DNA from: a virus
Taxonomy: Duplodnaviria; Caudoviricetes
Strand: one strand, 5' to 3'
Length of the DNA stretch: 35,448 nucleotides
Virus record (IMG/VR): IMGVR_UViG_3300021411_000016
Coordinates: 1-35,448 of that record
Shown here: positions 8,081 through 15,614 of the stretch, piece after piece
How positions within the stretch are numbered: position 1 is the first letter of the stretch
How the letters are laid out: each line of letters opens with the position of its first letter
Program-made: the position numbers and the translations under genes
Notes under the pieces: model-generated
The model's input: only the letters and a program-made list of their open reading frames with translations
What the model was told of the DNA's origin: nothing
Database searches by the model: none

Positions 8081-9661
8081 TTAATTAGTCCAACGAAAAA
8101 CAGGATTATACATATCAACTTCTGGTTTTTTATTTTGATCAGCTAATCGATCACTCGCAAATGGCATTAGACGATATTGGAGTGCGTCATGTGGATGAGA
8201 ATATTTATTTTTATTGGGTTTATCCTGAAAACGTTCATCACCACCAATTTGCATACGCTTAAAGTGATAGCCGCTCATGAAACCTTTAACAAGTATTGGA
8301 CAACCTACGCGTGATATTAAAAAAGCAGGACGACCATCAACCATGAGATTAAGAAAGTAGCGTACAGAGTTAATGCGCACGCTGGGGTCATTGGTGGAAG
8401 CTGCACGAGTAGGAATACCAAGAGTATTAAGTTCACCAATGCAAGATAACTCCTCCATAATTTCATCGCCTTTCACTCCCGCTGGATCGCCTTCTGCCCA
8501 TTCACTTATTTTACAATACGGAAAATCAATGGCTAATTGTGGGATCACGACATTTTCTGCAAATGTTTTAATGCCCATATCTTCTGCGACATATTCTTTT
8601 AATACTCGAATACATCCACGCGCTGTTAGTTGTACGACAATGCACGCAGGCGTTAATCCAAAATCAAATCCCAAATAGAGTGGATCTCCTTGGATTGCTT
8701 CGATTGTTTGAACAGAATGAATGTCATAATTAAATTCAGGATAAACGCGTTTACCACTTTCAACTAATCCGTATTTCCCAGCACAATAGACTTTAATAAA
8801 GCCTTCTGTTTGTTTTTCTGCAAGTTTAGGATAATAATCTGCTGCGAGATGTTGCGCATTATCAGCGAGAGGATTTTGCAAATAGTTGCCCTCGTTGTCT
8901 CTAACGAATGTACCATGTTCATCGGTTAATAATCCTGATGGTTGATGAAATACCGTATAAGACGGCGTTATGTTTTTTTCGAAGTCGTTGAAGATCCAAT
9001 GATCTTCGTCAGGCGGATTAGTGTCTGCGATAATGCCAGACCAATAACTGTCAGGGCAAAAAGAGCGAGAAGGATAACGACCATTAATACGGCCCTTAAA
9101 GTGACTAAGCACATTTTGAGGAAGTTCAGATAGTTCATTTAGATAGACTCCAGTCAATTCTAACGACTTTATCTTTCGTACATCATCCGGTCGATCTAAT
9201 GCAATGAAGATTAATTCTAATTCAACAATGCCATCGCCATCATTGAAATGATGTTCATAAGTAAGCAATGGTTTTTGTCTTTTTTTAATATCACCTAGAT
9301 CGCCAAACCATGTTAGCCATGATTGCAGGGTCGTTGATACTAACTCTCCAGAAGTGTTTCTGACGAGTGCCCAACGTGCATTGCGTCTTCCGTTATGCCA
9401 TTTTGGCATGTTACAAGCACTCCGGACGATGCGCTGAAGACACATGGTTGTTTTGCCTGATCCGTACGGACCAATAACCAAATCAACAAAACCATGACTA
9501 TGACTAAACAACTCACCAGTAGACGAGGGTATATAGATCTGATCCTTATCGCTTGCATGTATAATTGTCCTGTCTGCCTCAAAGGTAATATGGCGTTGCG
9601 TTCGGGAGTTATAAAATGATTCGATCTTATCTAAGCGTTGTGCAAAGTTAGCGGATGTCAT
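8081..9661 (-). CDS. terL: Terminase large subunit
   Basis: Walker A GPYGSGKT, Walker B-like GVYLNE, DTNPP motif, RNase H-fold nuclease GFDFGLTP and HPHDALQY; start reassigned to ATG 9661. Confidence 0.95.
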   Translation of the reverse strand: MTSANFAQRLDKIESFYNSRTQRHITFEADRTIIHASDKDQIYIPSSTGELFSHSHGFVDLVIGPYGSGKTTMCLQRIVRSACNMPKWHNGRRNARWALVRNTSGELVSTTLQSWLTWFGDLGDIKKRQKPLLTYEHHFNDGDGIVELELIFIALDRPDDVRKIKSLELTGVYLNELSELPQNVLSHFKGRINGRYPSRSFCPDSYWSGIIADTNPPDEDHWIFNDFEKNITPSYTVFHQPSGLLTDEHGTFVRDNEGNYLQNPLADNAQHLAADYYPKLAEKQTEGFIKVYCAGKYGLVESGKRVYPEFNYDIHSVQTIEAIQGDPLYLGFDFGLTPACIVVQLTARGCIRVLKEYVAEDMGIKTFAENVVIPQLAIDFPYCKISEWAEGDPAGVKGDEIMEELSCIGELNTLGIPTRAASTNDPSVRINSVRYFLNLMVDGRPAFLISRVGCPILVKGFMSGYHFKRMQIGGDERFQDKPNKNKYSHPHDALQYRLMPFASDRLADQNKKPEVDMYNPVFRWTN

Positions 9662-9818
9662 AATAGACATCCTTCTTACGCTTCTTGGGTTTGATTGTTT
9701 CTTCTGTAACAATGCGAAATCCGCAACGAGGACATTGTCTACGTCGCGTTATTTTATCAGCGTCTGTATAGGTATTTGCAACACCTGTTGTATCGTATTT
9801 GCAGGCGGGACATTCCAT
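9648..9818 (-). CDS. NrdR N-terminal-like zinc ribbon (56 aa)
   Basis: Not in track: MECPACKYDTTGVANTYTDADKITRRRQCPRCGFRIVTEE...; CPxC...RRRxCxxCGxRxxTxE signature; TAAGGA SD. Confidence 0.82.
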   Translation of the reverse strand: MECPACKYDTTGVANTYTDADKITRRRQCPRCGFRIVTEETIKPKKRKKDVYYDIR

Positions 9819-9827
9819 TCACTGTCC

Positions 9828-10010
9828 TTAGCACTTCAAAGTAATCGTCATTGCTTCGCTATGCGGTATTTCTTTACCAGGATGGGCGATGGGTTTTCCA
9901 GGGTATTGCGATTTTGGAGCGCGAACGAATTTTTGCGGATAATGAATAGTTGATTCTAATCCGCCTTCCATTTCCAATCCGGTGGTGTGTAAATCCGTTG
10001 CGTCTTTCAT
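9828..10010 (-). CDS. Hypothetical protein (60 aa)
   Basis: Start reassigned to MKDATD with AAGGA SD. Confidence 0.7.
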   Translation of the reverse strand: MKDATDLHTTGLEMEGGLESTIHYPQKFVRAPKSQYPGKPIAHPGKEIPHSEAMTITLKC

Positions 10011-10026
10011 AATTGATTCCTTCAAA

Positions 10027-10152
10027 TTATCGACGTATGCCGCGCAATGTTCGTACTGCATTCACCTCTTTGCGCATAATAGGATTATCACGAACAGATG
10101 CTTTTTTCATCTGTTTTGTTGGTATTTTTTTAGTCTGAGATTTTTTTTTCAT
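10027..10152 (-). CDS. Small basic peptide (41 aa)
   Basis: MKKKSQTKKIPTKQMKKASVRDNPIMRKEVNAVRTLRGIRR; AAGGA SD in a hairpin loop. Confidence 0.65.
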   Translation of the reverse strand: MKKKSQTKKIPTKQMKKASVRDNPIMRKEVNAVRTLRGIRR

Positions 10153-10543
10153 TTGAATCATCCTTTTGATTCATCCCTGCTTCAATCCGTTTAAGGCGTT
10201 CATCCATCTCTTTAAGATGTACATTAGAACCAAAATATTGATGCCATCTTCGCTCAAGTATCCATGCATCTGATTGCCAACGATTAGTGTTTTGCTTCAT
10301 TTTATCAAGATGATATTTTATCTTTTCTCGTTCGAGCCTTTTTACATCCTCAGAAAAGGAAGCAAGGGGTGTATCTAAGCCGGCATCTTGTTCCTCTTTT
10401 CCTTGATTGATCCAAGCATAGAGAGTGGCTTCTCGAATACCATTCGATTCCGCGGCTAATTCATAGGGAATACAATCGAAAATATCTTGTAAGATGGCTT
10501 TTAGCCTTTCTGGCGTATATTTTATGGGTCGTCCAACCGTCAT
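10130..10543 (-). CDS. Probable terminase small subunit (HTH)
   Basis: MTVGRPIKYTPE N-terminus, HTH AAESNGIREATLYAWI, AWILERR motif; upstream of terL. Confidence 0.72.
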   Translation of the reverse strand: MTVGRPIKYTPERLKAILQDIFDCIPYELAAESNGIREATLYAWINQGKEEQDAGLDTPLASFSEDVKRLEREKIKYHLDKMKQNTNRWQSDAWILERRWHQYFGSNVHLKEMDERLKRIEAGMNQKDDSNEKKISD

Positions 10544-10584
10544 TCAGCAATTCCTTTTGCTTAATTTGACTCTATTATGCCTAT

Positions 10585-10824
10585 TTATTGAACTAATGTA
10601 TATCCGCGTCTAATGCGTCTCTTACTGAGTCTGTCAATCTCATTTTGGCGAGCGTCCGGACTATTGAAACATAAAGATAAACGAATGTTCCGATGGCGAC
10701 TGCCCCGCATAATGATAAGAATATAAGCATCGAACAAATCCTTTTCGGCTAATAAATAATAATATCGTTTCGTTATGGTATTCTCAAATTTAATCATGAC
10801 GGCCTTATTGTCTTGACCATCCAT
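10585..10824 (-). CDS. WGR-domain-like protein
   Basis: RYY.L....DLF....L....G and C-terminal KRRIRRGY pattern; the WGR motif itself is degenerate (RGS). Confidence 0.65.
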   Translation of the reverse strand: MDGQDNKAVMIKFENTITKRYYYLLAEKDLFDAYILIIMRGSRHRNIRLSLCFNSPDARQNEIDRLSKRRIRRGYTLVQ

Positions 10825-10876
10825 GGTATTTAATATACATTGTGGGTATATTAGTTTATTAAGTGAGCAGGTGCAA
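10813..10876. promoter_or_regulatory. Overlapping divergent sigma70-type promoters with an inverted repeat
   Basis: Plus: TTGACC(10813)-17-TACATT(10836). Minus: TTGCAC(10876)-17-TAATAT(10853). IR TAATATAC-N7-GTATATTA at 10831-10853. Confidence 0.55.
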
Positions 10877-10877
10877 T

Positions 10878-10943
10878 ATGTTTTCGATTATCTTTTGTTG
10901 TTTTTGTTTTGCGGTTGCTATCTGGGGTTTTGATTTGTATTAA
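10878..10943 (+). CDS. Hydrophobic 21-aa peptide
   Basis: MFSIIFCCFCFAVAIWGFDLY; AGGTG SD and upstream promoter; convergent with endolysin. Confidence 0.4.
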   Translation: MFSIIFCCFCFAVAIWGFDLY

Positions 10944-10950
10944 TTTATAT

Positions 10951-11358
10951 TTAAACTAACTCAAAGTGCCCTAAATCGTTGAAATGTTGATCATCGAACT
11001 TACTATCACGATTCCAATCGCCTCCCCAGCGGACGCTATAGGTCATTTTACCTTCTTCTTTTAATCGCTGAGCAATACCTATTACGAGTCCCCCTAGATA
11101 ATAATAAGATTTCATGTCAGTCCAGTTGATCGGGTACGGTGCAACATCGACTGCCATGGAGGGGGCAGCATTGTGCTTGCCGTTAGGCCATTGAATCTTT
11201 GATTCCCCTTTTTGGAAGGCATCTTCTTGATCTTCTTGGTTTCTGTGCCCCTCGATAATAATACAATCCATATGACGGATGACTTCATAAAATAGGGTTT
11301 GCAATTCAAGGTGACAAGTTGAGAGGCGTGAAAAAGAAGTCTGGCTAAGTTTTGGCAT
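10951..11358 (-). CDS. Endolysin, M15 family L-Ala-D-Glu peptidase (T5 Lys-like)
   Basis: IIEGHR..EDQ, KH....SMAVD, RWGGDW, D.GHFEL zinc-peptidase motifs; start MPKLSQTS. Confidence 0.92.
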   Translation of the reverse strand: MPKLSQTSFSRLSTCHLELQTLFYEVIRHMDCIIIEGHRNQEDQEDAFQKGESKIQWPNGKHNAAPSMAVDVAPYPINWTDMKSYYYLGGLVIGIAQRLKEEGKMTYSVRWGGDWNRDSKFDDQHFNDLGHFELV

Positions 11359-11491
11359 TCTCATCTTCCTTCTCGTTGATATAAGGATGAATCGCATCGC
11401 AAGCCTTCTCACAATGATTACAAACATAATATGATGAGCAGTCAGCGGTAATAACTTTTACATATTCCTTGCAACAACGACTTAGGAGCAT
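11345..11491 (-). CDS. Small Cys-rich protein (48 aa)
   Basis: MLLSRCCKEY...YYVCNHCEKACD; AGGA SD. Confidence 0.7.
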   Translation of the reverse strand: MLLSRCCKEYVKVITADCSSYYVCNHCEKACDAIHPYINEKEDENAKT

Positions 11492-11501
11492 AGGTGTTCC
11501 T

Positions 11502-11531
11502 AAAAAAAATCCCCGCGATAGGAGCGCGGGG
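11502..11531 (-). terminator. Intrinsic terminator upstream of lysis and packaging genes
   Basis: CCCCGCG-CTCCTAT-CGCGGGG followed by A and T8. Confidence 0.88.
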
Positions 11532-11579
11532 TAATGTCCAACGAGGAGTTTCACTTACAGTCTAACAACATTCATGTTC

Positions 11580-11609
11580 AATATAGCATCAAAGTTTCAA
11601 ATAATTCAA
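11580..11609 (-). promoter_or_regulatory. Putative pR'-like late promoter
   Basis: TTGAAT-18-TATATT with extended TG; ~70 nt upstream of the terminator end. Confidence 0.55.
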
Positions 11610-11942
11610 TACGAGCTCTATTGCTAGATCATAACCCCTGACAATCTCCGCTTTATACCCTTCTTCGGTTAATCGTTTTATCCACCAGCGTTGAGCATCT
11701 GAGATATTACCTCCCTTTTGGCGCTTAAGCTCAATATAGAGCCCATGGTAAGGACCTCTCGCAATGGGTATACATAAATCAGGAACTCCCGCCTGCACGC
11801 CGCTACGACGTAATTTGCACGCCTCGTAATAATCACGCTTCCCACCATTAGGAACAGCGTAGTGTAAAATTTGGAGCTTATTAAGAGCGGTCACCAACTT
11901 AACTTGTTCTTGAGCCTCTGTTGGTAATAATTTATCAACCAT
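11589..11942 (-). CDS. VRR-NUC domain nuclease
   Basis: AVPNGG, GVQAGVPDL, LYIELKR..G..SDAQ..W PD-(D/E)xK signature. Confidence 0.9.
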   Translation of the reverse strand: MVDKLLPTEAQEQVKLVTALNKLQILHYAVPNGGKRDYYEACKLRRSGVQAGVPDLCIPIARGPYHGLYIELKRQKGGNISDAQRWWIKRLTEEGYKAEIVRGYDLAIELVLNYLKL

Positions 11943-11962
11943 CCATAGCCTCCAAATTTAAC

Positions 11963-12127
11963 TTATAACGAATCTTTATCCTTACCCGCCAACTTAGTAT
12001 TTAATAAGTTAGAAGTATTTACCTTGGCCTCCAGATTAGCTTTATCGTGACATTTATACAAACCCACGAATGCTTTTATATATTTTTTCTTAAATTTCTT
12101 ACTTTGATCACAGTATCGTTTTTCCAT
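11963..12127 (-). CDS. Hypothetical protein (54 aa)
   Basis: MEKRYCDQSKKFKKKYIKAFVGLYKCH...; AAGGA SD. Confidence 0.5.
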   Translation of the reverse strand: MEKRYCDQSKKFKKKYIKAFVGLYKCHDKANLEAKVNTSNLLNTKLAGKDKDSL

Positions 12128-12145
12128 AGATTCGTCCTTGAGGTT

Positions 12146-12505
12146 CTATGTGGAACAATCAGCTAATAGCTTCCTAACTTCATCCAATAATGCCGGTTTA
12201 TCAATTGGTACTGGTATCCAAACCACTTTTTCGCCATATTTATTATCAACCTTTTCCTTTTTCTTTAAATAATCGTCTTCTAACGAAAAAGCTTCTTTAA
12301 AATTAGCGGAACTAAACTCATCGATTTTCTGTAGAAGTTTTATTCCATTTAATTCTGGTTCAAATTTACGCAATATTTGCTTTAATGTCGTAAATTTCTT
12401 TGAAACCTCATGTGAACATAGCGCCCAGTGCAATAATGGAAAATAAATAGCCTGTAATTTTCTACAAATTGATGCTCCTATCTCGATCTCTTGGTTCGCA
12501 TCCAT
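12146..12505 (-). CDS. Hypothetical protein at the lambda P/helicase-loader position
   Basis: 119-aa ORF directly after the initiator; no motif recognised. Confidence 0.7.
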   Translation of the reverse strand: MDANQEIEIGASICRKLQAIYFPLLHWALCSHEVSKKFTTLKQILRKFEPELNGIKLLQKIDEFSSANFKEAFSLEDDYLKKKEKVDNKYGEKVVWIPVPIDKPALLDEVRKLLADCST

Positions 12506-12514
12506 GCGATTTCC

Positions 12515-13300
12515 TTATTTGTTTATGGCATTTCTTTCCCTTTCTTCACGATCTAACCTCTCTTGCGTGTAATCTCTTAATTTCTGTCTTTGCGGTTCTT
12601 CTTTCTTGTAAATCGATACCACATTTTTAGATTCTCTATAAGCATGAGCCTGTTTTATCCAGCGCTTAAACTCATACTGTAAATCACCCTTCCCTGAATG
12701 GCGGCTTTTAAAGCTCTCCAGTTCCTCGTCAATATTGATCGAGAGTTTTTTGGCCAGCTCTACATTCTCCTCATTAGGCTTAAAATCAGAGAGAGAGGGA
12801 CGCGAAGCGGCCGGCTTTTTGGGTTCGGCCTCTCTCTCTCTTTCTTTCTTTTTTTCTTTTTCTTTTATTGGTAAAGATCTTTTATTACTAGTGCCTGTTT
12901 TTCCAGATTCTGGCTTTTCCAGAATGTGGCTTTTCAGTATTGTGGACTGTGGATAACTTTTTCCAGAATACGGCTTTTCAGTATTGTGGCTTTTAATTAC
13001 ATTAACAAGTGTGGTTTCCCAGTGTAACACTCTGTTTTTATTATCTTTTATAGCAATAGTTTCAATAAGACCAATTTCCTTTAATATCGCCATTCTTTTT
13101 TGTATATAATCACGCCCTTTATTAAATCTGTTCTGTAAATGTACATAACAGATATTCCAATTCTCAGGCTTGGAGGCGAGATAACAATAGATGCCTAATG
13201 CACCATCATCGGGGATGAGAGCCATTGTTTCATTAACAATAGTGGTAAATGAGAGACCGCTAAGTTTTAAAAAATTTGAAGTATTTTTTTTTACTGACAT
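12515..13300 (-). CDS. Replication initiator (lambda O-like architecture, N-terminal winged helix)
   Basis: FTTIVNE..., ALGIYCYLASKPENW, LKEIGLI HTH pattern; central linker contains DNA iterons. Confidence 0.85.
   Translation of the reverse strand: MSVKKNTSNFLKLSGLSFTTIVNETMALIPDDGALGIYCYLASKPENWNICYVHLQNRFNKGRDYIQKRMAILKEIGLIETIAIKDNKNRVLHWETTLVNVIKSHNTEKPYSGKSYPQSTILKSHILEKPESGKTGTSNKRSLPIKEKEKKKEREREAEPKKPAASRPSLSDFKPNEENVELAKKLSINIDEELESFKSRHSGKGDLQYEFKRWIKQAHAYRESKNVVSIYKKEEPQRQKLRDYTQERLDREERERNAINK
12830..12994. repeat. Replication origin: iterons, DnaA box and purine tract
   Basis: GGCTTTTCAGTATTGTGG at 12928 and 12972; TTTTCCAGA at 12899, 12915, 12959; TTATCCACA (minus) at 12948-12956; strand-asymmetric tract 12830-12870. 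Confidence 0.8.
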
Positions 13301-13301
13301 A

Positions 13302-13532
13302 TTAAATTTCCTTATTTAATTCTAGAAATCCGATTTCCAATAATTTCTTGATGGATTTATCAAGTGATTTTTTTGATAAATTTAAGGCTTCCATAAAAAG
13401 CCTATCTGTATAAGCAACTCCCTCTATTCTTATAAAGAAAGCATATAAAGCAATATCATTAGTATTTGTAAGTTGGTCAAAGAATTTATTTTCTAGAACA
13501 AAAAGTTGCGGACTTTCTTTTTTAATTATCAT
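13302..13532 (-). CDS. Small winged-helix-like protein preceding the initiator
   Basis: ALNLSKKSLDKSIKKLLEIGFL HTH pattern; AGAGGT SD. Confidence 0.7.
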   Translation of the reverse strand: MIIKKESPQLFVLENKFFDQLTNTNDIALYAFFIRIEGVAYTDRLFMEALNLSKKSLDKSIKKLLEIGFLELNKEI

Positions 13533-13552
13533 AATTACCTCTAAATTAACGG

Positions 13553-13580
13553 TTGACCAAATCCCGCGGCACCGTATAAT
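13553..13580 (+). promoter_or_regulatory. sigma70 promoter antisense to the replication operon leader
   Basis: TTGACC-16-TATAAT with no plus-strand gene downstream. Confidence 0.7.
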
Positions 13581-13585
13581 TAGAG

Positions 13586-13665
13586 GTGCGCGCTATGGGT
13601 GTTGATGTATGTCGGACACTCATTGTTTTGATCCCGCTTTGTGACAAGCACAGCGGGGTTCTCTA
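13586..13665 (+). ncRNA. Putative OOP/countertranscript-like small RNA (ends approximate)
   Basis: Two hairpins: ATGGGTGT/ACACTCAT and CCCGCT/AGCGGG; weak U-tract. Confidence 0.5.
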
Positions 13666-13690
13666 AAACCTCAATCTTACTTCAAACTTT

Positions 13691-13897
13691 CTAAACTTCC
13701 CATTCGTGATTTGGGTCGGGCACAAAGACACTTGACTCGCTTTGTAGATTATATTGTTGATCCCAGCATAATATTCGCATTATCCACCCACCAAAAACTT
13801 TTACTCTTTGGTTATAAAATCCCGCTTTATCTTCACTCTCATCTTCTTCATTATCATTCCACTTATATTGATCTATCGTTTCCCATTTGAATTTCAT
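13691..13897 (-). CDS. Hypothetical protein, paralogue of 19057-19248
   Basis: WE.I...R..V.GGW...FVPDPNHEW; start reassigned to MKFKWE (AAGGA SD). Confidence 0.8.
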   Translation of the reverse strand: MKFKWETIDQYKWNDNEEDESEDKAGFYNQRVKVFGGWIMRILCWDQQYNLQSESSVFVPDPNHEWEV

Positions 13898-13976
13898 AAC
13901 TTTTTCCTTGATTAAATAAGCGCTATACAATAACATTGCTAAATAATAAGTAGCAATCCTAAAATGGAGTTAATTT

Positions 13977-14144
13977 ATGAAAGATTATGTTTTGTACACA
14001 ATACGGCTTGACCATAAAATGCACGAAGAAGTATGTAATCTCGCTCATTTCTTAAAGATACCCATGTCAGAAATTATAAGAGAAAGTATTAATTTAAAAT
14101 TAAACCAAATAGGGAAAGTTAAATTAATTAAAGAAAGTAATTGA
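13977..14144 (+). CDS. Ribbon-helix-helix regulator, CopG/Arc-like (55 aa)
   Basis: Not in track: MKDYVLYTIRLDHKMHEEVCNLAHFLKIPMSEIIRESINLKL...; alternating beta-strand (YTIRL) and SEIIRE helix B; GGAG SD; sits at the strand-divergence point. Confidence 0.8.
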   Translation: MKDYVLYTIRLDHKMHEEVCNLAHFLKIPMSEIIRESINLKLNQIGKVKLIKESN

Positions 14145-14179
14145 CTAATTGTTATAGCGCGCTATAATAGCTATATCAA
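14141..14179 (+). promoter_or_regulatory. Early promoter overlapped by a 16-bp palindrome
   Basis: TTGACT-16-TATAAT; perfect palindrome TTATAGCGCGCTATAA at 14152-14167; possible leftward TTGATA-17-TATAAC. Confidence 0.72.
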
Positions 14180-14198
14180 CTTAACGAAGAATGAAAAA

Positions 14199-14435
14199 AT
14201 GAACGAAGCAGAAAAAACAACAATAACAAAGTATGATCTTCTCTATGAGCAAAGAATGACAAGAGTTGAAACCACCCTAGAAAACCTGGGTCTTTACATA
14301 AAAGATGCTTCTAAGGAAATGAAATCAGACTTTCGATGGATTGTAGTGATCATGTTAAGCGGCTTTGGATTGACGTGGGGAATGATGGCTGGTTTATTTG
14401 GTTTAGTGGCGCATGGATTTAAGTGGCTTATATAA
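14199..14435 (+). CDS. Coiled-coil plus C-terminal TM protein (XhlA-like architecture)
   Basis: EQRMTRVET...DFRWIVVIMLSGFG...; one or two TM segments. Confidence 0.75.
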   Translation: MNEAEKTTITKYDLLYEQRMTRVETTLENLGLYIKDASKEMKSDFRWIVVIMLSGFGLTWGMMAGLFGLVAHGFKWLI

Positions 14436-14442
14436 ATAACGC

Positions 14443-14476
14443 GTACTAGATCAGGTCTGAACACCTGATCTAGTAC
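14443..14476. terminator. Perfect 14-bp hairpin (terminator or processing site)
   Basis: GTACTAGATCAGGT-CTGAAC-ACCTGATCTAGTAC; no clear U-tract. Confidence 0.5.
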
Positions 14477-14562
14477 TAATCACAGTAGATATTTTGGAGT
14501 ACGTACTAATGAATAGAAATAATATACACCAATATTGTTTAGTAAAACAAGGCAAGGATGCC

Positions 14563-14946
14563 ATGGAAAAAACATATTCTTATCAAGAATTGATCAGTCT
14601 CCCATATTTGTTTGATAAAAAATTCATATCAACTCTCCATGATGTCATTCGTGAGCATGGCAAATATCGTCATGGCGAAATCTATTTAGATACTTCCTCA
14701 TCCCATGTCACCAATTCTGAGAAACGCGATTTATTAAGGTTTCTATTGGAATCAGATGATTATGATTTTGTCTGTGAAGACACAGACAACCTGAACCTCT
14801 TATACGATGAAAAAGAAAGCCTTTTGCAAGCCCTAGCAGACCATGAAGCGCCTAATGTGTATCACGATGCAATGATTGAGGGTGGTATGAGAGCGGTCGT
14901 TCATCCTAATAATGATGAAATTTATTATGTGAGGAGATCAATATGA
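14563..14946 (+). CDS. Acidic hypothetical protein
   Basis: Start reassigned to MEKTYS (AAGGA SD); ATGA overlap with the next gene. Confidence 0.75.
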   Translation: MEKTYSYQELISLPYLFDKKFISTLHDVIREHGKYRHGEIYLDTSSSHVTNSEKRDLLRFLLESDDYDFVCEDTDNLNLLYDEKESLLQALADHEAPNVYHDAMIEGGMRAVVHPNNDEIYYVRRSI

Positions 14947-15614
14947 GTAACACAAGTTTAATAATCGGCGAGTCGGGAACAGGAAAAAGTACATCTATCA
15001 GACATCTTAATCCAACAGAGACATTTATCATTAATGTTCTGAATAAACCATTGCCATTTAAAGGTTATAAGGCGAACTATACGAAGTTATCGTCAGATGG
15101 CTTAACAGGAAATTACTATTCCTCTGATGATTATCAAAATATAGAACGATTGATCATGAAAATTAATACGCAGCGTTTGGAGATCAAAACACTCATCATT
15201 GATGACTTTCAATATTTGATGGCGAATGAATTTATGCGGCGAGCGCTTGAGCGTGGATATGATAAGTTTTCGGAGATTGCGAAAAATGCCCATGGCCTAT
15301 TGAAACTATTACCAACCCTACGAGATGATTTGGATGTATTTATTCTCACGCATTCTGAATCTAACGATCAAGGAAAAATGAAGATTAAGACTATCGGCAA
15401 AATGTTAGATGAGAAAATAACGATTGAGGGAATGTATGCGATGGTCTTACAAACAGAATTAACAGATGGTAATTATCATTTCATTACTCAAGGGGATGCA
15501 AGGCATATTGCTAAAAGCCCAATGGGTCTATTTTCAACAAGAAATATCCCAAATGATTTGGCATTCGTCAAAGAAGAAATGAAAAAATATTATAATGAGG
15601 AGATAGCATTATGA
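14943..15614 (+). CDS. sak4: Sak4-like AAA ATPase recombinase
   Basis: GESGTGKST Walker A, LIIDD Walker B, FILTH, AKSPMG; cotranscribed with an SSB-like gene. Confidence 0.82.
   Translation: MSNTSLIIGESGTGKSTSIRHLNPTETFIINVLNKPLPFKGYKANYTKLSSDGLTGNYYSSDDYQNIERLIMKINTQRLEIKTLIIDDFQYLMANEFMRRALERGYDKFSEIAKNAHGLLKLLPTLRDDLDVFILTHSESNDQGKMKIKTIGKMLDEKITIEGMYAMVLQTELTDGNYHFITQGDARHIAKSPMGLFSTRNIPNDLAFVKEEMKKYYNEEIAL

Noticed and set aside
10069-10095. TTTGCGCATAA XerC-like arm
   Set aside because: Only a 5-bp spacer to TTAT, poor XerD arm, and inside a plausible ORF
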